From: Balanoglossus misakiensis
Lineage: Eukaryota > Animalia > Hemichordata
Assembly (NCBI GenBank): GCA_040954595.2
Contig: CM082580.2
Location: 1,044,783-1,108,782 of the forward strand
Length of the DNA: 64,000 bases
Direction: 5' to 3'
Part shown: positions 54,790 to 64,000 of the stretch, one piece after another
Layout: the number at the start of each line of letters is the position of its first letter
Position numbering within the stretch: the stretch's first letter is position 1
Position numbers and translations under genes: made by a program
Notes under the pieces: generated by a model
Database searches by the model: none
What the model saw: only the letters and a program-made list of their open reading frames with translations
What the model was told of the DNA's origin: nothing

Positions 54790-54912
54790 ATGGAATGAAA
54801 TAGTGCTGAATAAAAAGACGAGTCTTTAAACCCCTTTGAAAACTGTCAATAGATCCAGCATTGTGGATAGAAGGTGCACAAACACTGAATCCTATTTAGC
54901 CATATGCCTTGT
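54790..54912 (-). mobile_element. Short L2 LINE 3' remnant
   Basis: YG..GFSVCAP...SIDSFQRGLKTRLF resembles an L2 ORF2 terminus. Confidence 0.5.
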
Positions 54913-55846
54913 CAGTGTTCGAAATTCATAGGAAATATCAAGCAGTCATTGTTTCTTTTAATTGCAATACATGAACCTGGGAAAGTCTAAAAGATGCCAT
55001 GATACCACTAGTCAACTCCCACGCTAAATTCAACCTGTCTGTCGGACTGGTAACATTTTATTTTTACCAGTCCTACAGAAAAACAACCAGTCTCGGACTG
55101 TCGGACAGGCTTTATTTCGTACACTGGCCTTGTTAAGTTTTGAAATGCTCATTCATGGTGATGAGTTATCAAGAATATACCCGTTAAAAATTACTGTACC
55201 CTCAGAGAAGCATTTTGTAATGTCTTTAAAATGAGATGAAAACTATATGAATTTTCTAAGTGTATATTTATTCTTTGCAGAGGTAATTTATTTAGCTATA
55301 GGTTGATAATTTATGCTAATTTCATTAAATTATGCAAATAAGTAGTGAAAATACTTGTACATGAATATATCAGACAGTCTTATAGTATCGTGTGAGGTTG
55401 ATGACACATATTCTTAACCACATATTTCTTGATCAATTAATTGTTTTTACACCAAAGTCCTCAATATCCATGGCGATCCCTTTCTAGGAATTTTAACACT
55501 CTCTATCATTCTCATTTTAACAAAATCCCCTGAAACTTGTGTACCCTGTCAGCAAAACTTTGTCTGATTTTTAAAATACAGATTACTTTTTCTCCCTTGC
55601 AAACAAATTTTCAAAGATAAGTTTTCACATTTGTTAATTTGTTTATATTATGCATAATTATAATTGGAAAAATTCTGAGATACAATTTCAACAAACATGT
55701 GTTCAGTACGAGTGTGCGGTTGATTTCAAATTTTAAAATGTGTGCAATGGACAGACAGGATGTGTGTTTAGCTGATTGTAACCGTAGCAATATACAATCC
55801 CCAAACAATGTAGCCACAGAAGATATCAATATCCACAGTTACATAC

Positions 55847-55969
55847 CGGCACATGCATGGCCATCCTCCAGCAGATAGAATCCTGGTCTGCAAGTGCAGA
55901 GATAACTACCATGGGTATTCTGACAATAGTGTTGACATGCATATCCACCACTGTGACATTCATTCATAT
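55847..55969 (-). CDS. Calcium-binding EGF exon 1 (frame intact, phase 1-1)
   Basis: ctccag|...G|gtatgt, 123 nt. DMNECHSGGYACQHYCQNTHGSYLCTCRPGFYLLEDGHACA; six Cys and the D-x-N-E-C calcium motif. Confidence 0.85.
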
Positions 55970-56219
55970 CTGGAGGGTAAGAAGAAATTAGAAATTATTT
56001 ACAAGCATTGAATTCACTTTAATTCCTTGGATTAAAAATACAGAAAAAATAGCCAACAGCTACTACAGCTAACTTAGCAAAAATGTCGACAAAATTTTAC
56101 AGTGACACTGGCGTACTCTGCCACTGATATGAGGATATAAGAAAGGGAACTGGAATATTTTTTCCTCTGTATAATCAAATTAACAGTAAATGACTGCCAT
56201 GGCAACATAACAGATGTTA

Positions 56220-56552
56220 CAGTCAAACCCGTGTTAGGTGCCACCTCTATATAGTGGCTACTCTGTTACAGTCCATATACATTGTGTTAGGTATTGGTAT
56301 TTACTGTTATGTATAAATTTGCAGTGTACGAGGCTGAACGAGTGAGCATGTGCAGTTGGCAATAAAAAAACAGCATGGCTGTCTAGTTTGTACACACATG
56401 TCCTGTGTCGTCTAATCACTCTGGTATAAGCCCACAATAATATAGCAATATATTACACATTGCACATTAAATGACCTGACTGTAGAGGCCACCTTTCTAT
56501 AAAGGCCAGTTAGGAAAGTCCCCTGTCTGGCCAGTATAGACAGGTTTGACTG
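56220..56552. mobile_element. Tc1/mariner-type MITE abutting a MED25 splice donor
   Basis: TA|CAGTCAAACC...GGTTTGACTG|TA. Confidence 0.8.
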
Positions 56553-56559
56553 TACCTAC

Positions 56560-56743
56560 CTCTTTGTGGCTGTGAATCTGTACCTGGCCATCTCTCCTGT
56601 GGCTGTGAGTTGATAGAATTCACAGCAGCAATTGGTGGCATCTTACTGAACTGACTAGCATTTGCCATTTGCATGACACCCTCTGTGGCTTTCAGTGCAG
56701 CAGCTGGTGCCTGCTGGGAAGTCATCTTTGGAGGTGAAGTTGC
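56560..56743 (-). pseudogene. MED25: MED25-like exon (SD1-like region)
   Basis: ggacag|...GAG|gtaggt. ATSPPKMTSQQAPAAALKATEGVMQMANASQFSK...; phase 0 start fits the previous exon; ends in phase 1. Confidence 0.65.
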
Positions 56744-57213
56744 CTGTCCAAAAAGATTAACAAACCTAGTTAATATGGAGCATTATCAAGGCCAGTATTC
56801 AAAACCCCATTTTTAATTCATGACTGCAATTTTTGATTCGATGTTGAGCTTGCAACTCTCAAAGTCCTATTTTCAACACACATTTGGATGGGATTGAGTT
56901 TTAGGGCTTATCAACATTAATCACATTAAAAATTGAATTTGATTACTGAGTCTGTGGCATTATCCAAAAAAGTCTTAGCATTTACAGAGTGGGTTTCTAG
57001 CAACCAAAACAGAAGTTTTGAATTTGTTTTGAAACAATAGTCAACTGTAAAGATAATGGTTAGACAAGGCTATGTGAAACAGTCATAAAAAGCTTTCAAT
57101 TCACAGGATGGGTAACTAGAAACGGCTATTTTATTATATAATAAAGTAGAAGGTAGACCACAACTGTACCTGGGTGATGAAAATTGTCTCAATGGGATAA
57201 ATGAAACAGTCAC

Positions 57214-57431
57214 ATTTGGTTGTTGTGTCCTGTTTGCTGTGACAGCGGATACTGGTTGGTTGGGTAAACTGGTAGGCTGACCAAAAGGCATTGATGACCT
57301 TTGACCTTGGCCCTGCATCTGGGGCTGACTTGGTTGAGTCAATTACTGTTGAGAGGATGACAGTTGTTGTGGAGACTGACTTCCAATTTGACTTGGTTGT
57401 CCAAGTGACAGATGACTTGTTGGTGCGGCAC
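57214..57431 (-). pseudogene. MED25: MED25-like Q/P/S-rich exon with premature stop
   Basis: actacag|...AAT|gtgact, 218 nt. GAAPTSHLSLGQPSQIGSQSPQQLSSSQQ*LTQPSQPQMQGQGQ...; TAA at 57343-57345. Confidence 0.65.
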
Positions 57432-57699
57432 CTGTAGTAAAAATATTTAGTTGATTTATTTATATACTGTAAAACGGGAAATTTCTGTGACAGGAAATGT
57501 TTGCAATATCAATAGAGACAACTGTTATGCTACACTTAAATTTTGCTTTCTTATATTTCACTAACTGCACCAATATCCCTGAAAAACATTTTTACGTGAC
57601 TTTTAATTTGCATTTTTTGGTTCTCGCGAAGTTCACAATAATTTCCTGTTTGACAGTAATTCATCTATTGCAAACAAAGAAAATATGTCTACCTAGGAT

Positions 57700-57891
57700 A
57701 GAATGACTGGAACAGGTGCAGATCACTAGTATACAAAGCCAGTTCCTCCAAAACAATGAGAGGTAAAGTGCTGCGCTCAAGGGCACAATATCGCGGTCAT
57801 GAAGTCACCATCCTCAAAACCCACGGCCATGTCCAGGTCTGGTTCTTGAACCCACAACCCTGTGCCCTCACCACAAGGCCATGATGTCTCC
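57700..57891 (-). mobile_element. tRNA-derived SINE, decayed
   Basis: Minus strand has an A-box-like TGGCCTTGTGG, a B-box-like GGTTCAAGAAC, then GTGCCCTTGAGCGCAGCACTTTAC typical of SINE bodies. Confidence 0.65.
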
Positions 57892-57943
57892 TCAAACTCT
57901 CCTCAAAAGTCTCCTGCTTTAGTCTAATCATTGTTAGAAATAC

Positions 57944-58026
57944 TTTCTGCTTTGACCTTTTACATGAAGGATTTGATGCATACACACAGGCCAGTTGACA
58001 AGGAAAGCCTCTCAACATTGGTAAAA
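57944..58026 (-). pseudogene. MED25: Probable degraded next MED25 vWA exon
   Basis: Acceptor tatgcag| is phase-compatible with the previous exon, giving (S)FTNVER, then frameshifted PCQLACV (cf. PPYQLP). The HCILICNS-type segment appears deleted. Lower boundary uncertain. Confidence 0.35.
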
Positions 58027-58912
58027 CTGCATAATAATGATACATTGTAATTGAATATATTTGTGAACAAAAACAATCATGGCCTTTACACTATTAGCTA
58101 CAACATCTAACCCTCAAACCAATCTGATGAAAATATTTTTTGACCCAAAAATGGAGTAGAACAATTTGCATCTTTTATAGAACAGAAAAACAACAGTTCA
58201 TAAAAACAATGAAAGTGTCCTTTTGATATCCTATGGCAAAATCTTTTCTTGGTCCCATCAAAGTTATAACTGCCTTTTTTATTTGAAAATTTGACAAAAA
58301 AGCCAGAGCGAATAATAATATGTGATGTGTAATAAATATTAATAAATATATTACTACCATTTTATGGAAGTACCCATTTAGAGTAATGAAAACTTTAACA
58401 AACCACAAAAAAGGTTTTGTACATCACCACAATAGGATGAATTGGTTGTAAATGGCCATGTAAACATGTTGTATATTTGTCCTGTGAACTTTAGAATCTG
58501 GATTGTATGATTTCAAATATTTGCTCAGCAACAGATACCCAAGCCGTCACGCAGTTACACCCATTGGAAAATGGTATCACCCACACCAAGGTGGATGGAA
58601 GTTGGTCCTGGCGCTTTTTTTCCCATGATTCAAATTACAGTTAAGGCCATATTATAAATTCTGCCAACTTTCCCTCGATTTTGTAAAATACCTGACGACT
58701 TATACTTGACGAATATGTTTTTTTTTCTGAAAGAGTGACCTCAAAGCTACCAAATTATGTAGAAAATCAGCTGGACCGGATTTCCCCTTTGAAAACAGTA
58801 AAACACAGGTGCAAGCTTTCTTTTATTATGGGTATGGCAGAGAAAGCTTTTGACTGCTGTCAAAATTCTCTGGCAAACACAGAAGGATTATGAAACTGAA
58901 AATGTTGATAAT

Positions 58913-59439
58913 ACAGTGAAACCTGTCAATACAGACATCTCTCTAATCAGGACAGATTGTTCAAGACAAAAGTAATGGCTTGAATAGAATATTACATGCA
59001 CATTTCTTTTAAGGACACCTCTCTTTTAAAGGGACAAAGTCTCTCTCTCGCTGCCCTTTTTTCCATTAATAATGTTTGATACAAGACACTGTTTATGTTA
59101 ATGTACATGTGTATATGTAGTGAATGAACATTCAACCATACACAACTTCCATCCCGCGTGTATGATATGGGAGTAAAAACTCACCCAAAACGAATAAATG
59201 GTAGAGACTGATTATTCATTTTGGCGATTTTTTTCACTCTCATGTCCACAAGCAGGATGGACTTTGTGTGTGGTTGAATATTGATTCACCATATATCCAC
59301 ATGTAGAAAAAACATAAATGGTGTCTTGTATCAAATATAATTAATGGAATAAGGGGCAGCGAGCGAGAGAGAGAGCCTGTATCCCTTAAAGGACATGTTG
59401 TGTGATCCCAGAGGTGCCCTTACTTGGCAGGTTTCAATG
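58913..59439. mobile_element. Mariner-type MITE containing a ~335-bp fold-back palindrome (59041-59375)
   Basis: TA|CAGTGAAACCTG...CAGGTTTCAATG|TA. Inner arms of ~160 bp: CTCTCGCTGCCC..TTCCATTAAT..GATACAAGACAC / GTGTCTTGTATC..ATTAATGGAA..GGGCAGCGAG. Confidence 0.8.
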
Positions 59440-59587
59440 TACTTCGCACATCAGTTGTACTCCACTGTCGGTATCGAATCATTTCCTGGTTGACATGGTG
59501 AGCTTTACATAAACAGATAAACCACCTCAAAAAGTGGGGCCCATAATTAGAGAATGGTTTTTAACCTCACAATTTTACCATAATTAC

Positions 59588-59686
59588 CTTGAAAATCGCA
59601 AAGTCTTCATATCGTCAAATAACTGCAATGCAGTACTCAGACCTTCAGAAATCATACCGTATTTCTCACCTGCTCCTGACAAAAAT
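59588..59686 (-). pseudogene. MED25: MED25 vWA-domain exon
   Basis: ttcag|...AAG|gtaatt, 99 nt. Translates [32 protein letters not shown], matching vertebrate MED25 [30 protein letters not shown] as recalled. Confidence 0.9.
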
Positions 59687-59850
59687 CTGAAATACAACAC
59701 AGTACAATTATTTAACAAAAGGTGTATGTAAACAATGTCTACTCTGATTGTAGACAGATTTGATTAAACATTTTATGAAACATTTAAAGGTAGGAACCTC
59801 TAATAAAAGCCAGTGAGTCAAAGGACAAAACTGAGACTTTGTCCCTTTAA

Positions 59851-59935
59851 CCCTTTCACCCCCAGTTCCTTCTATACAGGTCGAACCTTTTCATAGATAA
59901 CAATGGGTTTAGACTGAACCTTGGTTGTGAAAGGG
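59851..59935. mobile_element. 85-bp piggyBac-like MITE
   Basis: TTAA|CCCTTTCAC...GTGAAAGGG|TTAA. Partial related copy at ~38815-38872. Confidence 0.75.
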
Positions 59936-60925
59936 TTAATGGGCTTCAATAATGAGTTTTCTTTAAAATAAGAGGGTGTTACTTAAGGGTTATTACACTA
60001 AGTTTGGTCGATAACGCGTCATATTTGAGTGATAGTATGCCAAACTTGCATGGTATGTACAGCGTGATTACTGCACACAAACATCCCTCTGCAATACACA
60101 AACACCATCCAACTTAAAATCAAATGCCTAACAAGTAGCTATTTGATATTTTGTGAATCGGTTTTATTCTATTCATATTATATTATTTTATATGTGATGT
60201 TGATTAACTTGCATTTTTGTCAGAATAGAGTGGTATACATACAAGGTCTTTCTAATGTCAGGTGTCTATAAAAAGATAAGCCTGTTGCATCATTGTATAA
60301 GTGGTATAAGTCCATGGTGCCAGTAAGAATTGGGGTAGGTCTTGTAATTGGAACAGTGCATGGGGGGGGGGGGGCTGTTATGTGCACAGTATATGTTGTT
60401 GCAGACATTTGAATGAAATATGAAATAGCAAGAAATAGTGGGTGCATTTGTGCGACTCAATTTGTTACTATTATTTTGCAGAAGCTGAGAAAACACGCCA
60501 GTGCTGTGTACACACCTGTGCATCAAAAGGCTTCTCTGAGGATAGTCATTACACGCCCAAACGAGGGTAAATCATTCCCAGGGCAAACTATGTAAGTGTC
60601 AGTTCTTCATGTAAGCACGCCATCGCTCACACTTCTGCATCCCCCCAGTCCACGTCAGTATATACATGCATAATACACCCCTTCTCTTTAGTACCTCATG
60701 TTATCCCATGCTTGCATTTTAATACACAGTTTAATTATGTAAATTTGTTGCTTTTAACAGGGAAACATTTTTTTTCTCAATGAATTTGTTGACATAGGTC
60801 ATGTTTATTCTGAATGCAATCATTTAGCCTTCTCTTTGTAAGTAAGTGGGGATTGAATTTTGTGAGTACTAAATGACTTTCACACCAATGTAATAATTAT
60901 TGGTACTCTTTTTAATTTCAATCAG

Positions 60926-61666
60926 GTGATTCTAGACAAGGGCGAGCCTCTGCCACTGCAATATGAACGGCTTTCCAACTCCAACGTAGCGATTCCATCT
61001 GCCTGGTTGAGCATAACTTTAGGTAGATGCAAGAACAAGCCGCCATCTTACGTCATAAAAAAGCTGATGGATGGGTTGTTTAAAACCCGAACAACTGAGC
61101 GGGAAGAATACCAGCGCATTTATTGGAACACCCTACCAGCATGTTGTAACGGCACTGACTTGTAAGTAAAAGGTTTCTTTAAAATGTCGAAATGATTGTA
61201 TTCTATGATAATGACATTTTTTGCATGTCCCTGGAGTGAAATTCTTTGATTGGCTATCCCATATTCACTGGATTCAAAATAAATATCATTATAATGGTGC
61301 ATCTCATCCTTATACATTTCATTTTATTTGTTCTGACCATCTACTACAAATACACTCGATGAAATTTATCAGTTAGGTCAACAGTTTTTGTACCTGAATG
61401 ATATTAAGTTTTTTTCCTGAATTTTAGTTGAATTGTGTGACTTCCGGTTGGTGGAAATTACTCGTATTGGGCAACTGCATATGTAACAATTATGCTTGGC
61501 AATCTTCTCCTTATTACTGCATGGTGTAACTGATATGTGTTTATTCTTCTCTTTTTCAGTATTTGGTGTCAACAAACTGAAGATGTCAACAAAAGAGCTG
61601 ATCCATGCATTCAACGCGAAATGCGCCACATGCAAACGGGCTGTCTTAAATAAAAACAGAGTGTAG
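60926..61666 (+). pseudogene. Spliced BEN-domain-like gene inside the TIR element
   Basis: Exons 60926-61161 (aatcag|..|gtaagt) and 61560-61666 (tttcag|..TAG). Removing one A at 61082-61085 gives SYVIKKLMDGLFKPEQLSGKNTSAFIGTPYQHVVTALTLFGVNKLKMSTKELIHAFNAKCATCKRAV, in phase across the intron. Possible upstream exon 60482-60591. Confidence 0.6.
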
Positions 61667-61895
61667 TAGAGTAGGAAGTTTGTAGTGTAGTTTTTTATAT
61701 TGGAAAAAAAATTGTAGAGTAGCAAGTTTGTAGTGTAGTTTTTTTATATTGAAAAAAAATTAGAGTAGCAAGTTGTTTGTAGTGTAGTTTTTTATATTGG
61801 AAAAACATTTTTTGCAGAGGAGCAAGTTGTGGTGTTTATATTTGTAGTGTAGCTTTTTTATTTTTTGAAAACCAATTTTTGTAGTGTGTAGTTTT
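61663..61895. repeat. ~50-bp degenerate tandem repeat
   Basis: GTAGAGTAGCAAGTTTGTAGTGTAGTTTTTTATATTGGAAAAAA repeated about 4 times. Confidence 0.75.
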
Positions 61896-62023
61896 ACCAT
61901 GTTGATTTTTTAGATTTCTTAACCCTGTGATTAAAATAGATTTTTTTTTAAATAAAAACTGTTAATTATAGTTTGCTTGTCTCTGAGGTTTTATGGGGGG
62001 TGGGGGTGGGTGGTTCAATGGTA

Positions 62024-62304
62024 CCCCTAGTTAATTGTCTTGCTGCAAACTCACTGCAATGTTCAAATTTTCAAGGTGGCAATCTTGATTGCTGTGAACT
62101 CACTGCAGTATTCAAATTCCTGTGAACTCACTGCAGTATTCAAAATCTTGTTGCTGGAAGTTTGCAACAAATTTGCAAGTCCCCTAATTTGCATGGTAAA
62201 ATCAGGACTGTTTGCCACTTTGCAGCAGCAGTTTGCAGTGAGTTCGCAGAATCCTGCTGCAGATTTGCGGGAGGAGTTTGCAGCAGGCCCTTTTTTCGTA
62301 AGGG
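62024..62304. mobile_element. Possible small CMC/CACTA-type MITE
   Basis: CCC...GGG termini; subterminal GCTGCAAACTC / GAGTTTGCAGC inverted repeats; internal GTGAACTCACTGCAGTATTCAAA duplication. Confidence 0.4.
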
Positions 62305-62626
62305 ATGTCCATATTATGGACATCACGAGGATGCGTCACGTTATCGACCAAACTTAGTGTAATAACCCCTTTATCATACATGAACAGTAGCCCATAGCCA
62401 AGTGTGACAGGGCGATGCGATCAGGTGATCAACGTATAGGCCGTAGTATCATTCTAAGAGGGTTGGCAGCTTTCATTATGATGGGCACATGTGATTCAGG
62501 TCCCTCCCATCTACCTTAGCTGAGCTTGGGATCGCTTCGCCAAAGTTTATATGACAAGGGTGTTAGCCCATTCCTATCACAATAGGCTAGCTATATCGTT
62601 TATATGCCTTAATGAATTAATTAATA

Positions 62627-62688
62627 TGACTGACTGACGGACTGACTGACTGACTAACTGACTGACTCACTGAATGAATGAATGAAAG

Positions 62689-62722
<34 letters not shown>
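62627..62722. repeat. Compound tetranucleotide microsatellite
   Basis: (TGAC)n, (TGAA)n and (TCAA)n in succession. Confidence 0.9.
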
Positions 62723-62723
<1 letters not shown>

Positions 62724-64000
62724 TACCCAGACATGGCATGGAGGGATTCACCTCCTGTTGAGATGTTCGCACCCCCTAGCAAATTGTCACAGGTGGGGTG
62801 GTCAGTGGCCCTTAAAATGATGTCACTCACATGATAGAGATATTAATTACATAACTCCTTTCCAGAGTGTGCTCTATTTATAGTCTGCACTATATACAGG
62901 TAAATGTGTAATGATATTTCAATAACTTTTGGAATCACAGGTCAGTAGAAAGGTTGATTGAACAAAAGGTTTTGAAATTCGTTCACCTTGTATTGGAACA
63001 GCTCTTACAGACATCACAACATCATTCAACGCTAAATCTTCGTAACTTTTACATACTGTTAATATAAATATAATTATTTTTCTTTAAATTCATCCAAATA
63101 TTACAATGTTTCTAGCAATTTCATAGCTGTATTATAGTTATTAAGATAATACTGTGTGTATGATATATACTTTGTGGATAGGATACAGATCTTTGCTTAT
63201 TACCAAGAATATAACACCATGTGTTTGGATTTTAAATGCAGTTCGGAGCTGACTGTGTTGCATTTTGACTGCAAAATTAAAATATTTAGTTACATTTCCT
63301 TGCATTTAGTGTTGAAAATGTCACTTTCAGCTTTAAAATGAGCACTGATATCTATGGAACTAGAAGAATTGTGCTTTCTATTCTACAACATACAACATTT
63401 ACATTTAATCAAACAACAGGATGATATTTGACAGTCAATCAATAAATATAACATACGTGTGAGTTGCATGTACAAAACTAGACACATGTATGTATGTGAT
63501 ATTTAAAGGGACATTAACTGTTACACATGCTCTACACAGAACTCCACTTGTCAGCATAACCTGTATGTGTGTAACGGCTATTGAAATGAATTCTAGTCCA
63601 GACTTGAATTCAAATTCACAATAACAATACTGAACAGACACACCTATATTTCATCATGATTCAGGGATCTGAAGAAGACACTGCAGTAAATACTTAAAAC
63701 AAAAATACTGAAAACAAAGTGAAAAGTTACAGCTAATGAAGCTTTAACTATGTTCAGAAACAAGTAGAACAGGCAATCAAAACACATTATAAACATTGAG
63801 AAAAACACCCAAAGTTACATGTACTACCGGTATCTATGAGGGCCCGTTCTGGTCAAAATTGTAGTTTATTAATAAAACATGTTAGAATTAATTTTACCAG
63901 TATATAGAATTATTTTTTATGTGCTTTAATTATTTTTTTGTAGTCATGCAGAATTAATTTTATGTGTTCTAAATAATTATTTTAGCTTATCTTTGTTAGA

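Larger units (their letters stand above)
35720..59686 (-). pseudogene. MED25: Unprocessed MED25 (Mediator subunit 25) pseudogene, partial and interrupted by EGF exons
   Basis: GT-AG-bounded exons in MED25 order: vWA exon, Q/P-rich exons, coiled-coil/LxxLL exon, terminal exon. Three in-frame TAA stops and at least one frameshift. No ACID or first exons recognised in the window. Confidence 0.8.
59987..62368 (+). mobile_element. 2.4-kb DNA transposon derivative with perfect 30-bp TIRs (PIF/Harbinger-like?)
   Basis: GGGTTATTACACTAAGTTTGGTCGATAACG (59987-60016) and its exact reverse complement (62339-62368). TSD ambiguous (TTA/TAA-like). Confidence 0.85.

Noticed and set aside
39848-55969. Functional fibrillin/EGF gene
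   Set aside because: Three of four exons have lost cysteines, a stop or a frameshift; no signal-peptide or other exons were found.
57830-57891. tRNA gene
   Set aside because: A/B-box-like motifs without a full cloverleaf, followed by a SINE body.
59443-59503. Possible small exon (SPCQPG...) below the vWA exon
   Set aside because: Weak splice sites, a stop in that frame and no MED25 match.
62987-63056. Possible minus-strand exon (CKSYEDLALNDVVMSVRAVPIQ) with AG/GT ends
   Set aside because: Short, no similarity to MED25 or any family I recognise; may be chance.

Overview
AT-rich metazoan nuclear DNA, probably a marine invertebrate (hemichordate or echinoderm-like; inferred from repeat types and protein similarity). 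No intact host gene is visible. 1-27.5 kb is satellite-dominated: a ~192-bp satellite with higher-order structure (1-9.1 kb), then a ~895-bp macrosatellite (11.5-27.5 kb). A 116-bp sub-segment has amplified into its own arrays within the macrosatellite, and a Helentron-type non-autonomous element with a 146-bp core repeat is inserted in it. 35.7-59.7 kb (minus strand) holds an unprocessed MED25 pseudogene (vWA, Q/P-rich, LxxLL and C-terminal exons; stops and frameshifts). Four calcium-binding EGF exons sit where its ACID-domain exons should be. A decayed ~11-kb Academ (XPG-type) DNA transposon lies between EGF exons, with an OTU-like protease domain inside its transposase. Nested in it are a Transib-like MITE (5-bp TSD), a TTAA/Kolobok-like MITE, a Tx1/L1 LINE (14-bp TSD), an L2 fragment and another repeat. 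At 60-62.4 kb a 2.4-kb TIR element carries a spliced BEN-domain-like gene. Family assignments come from motif recognition by eye, not database searches.
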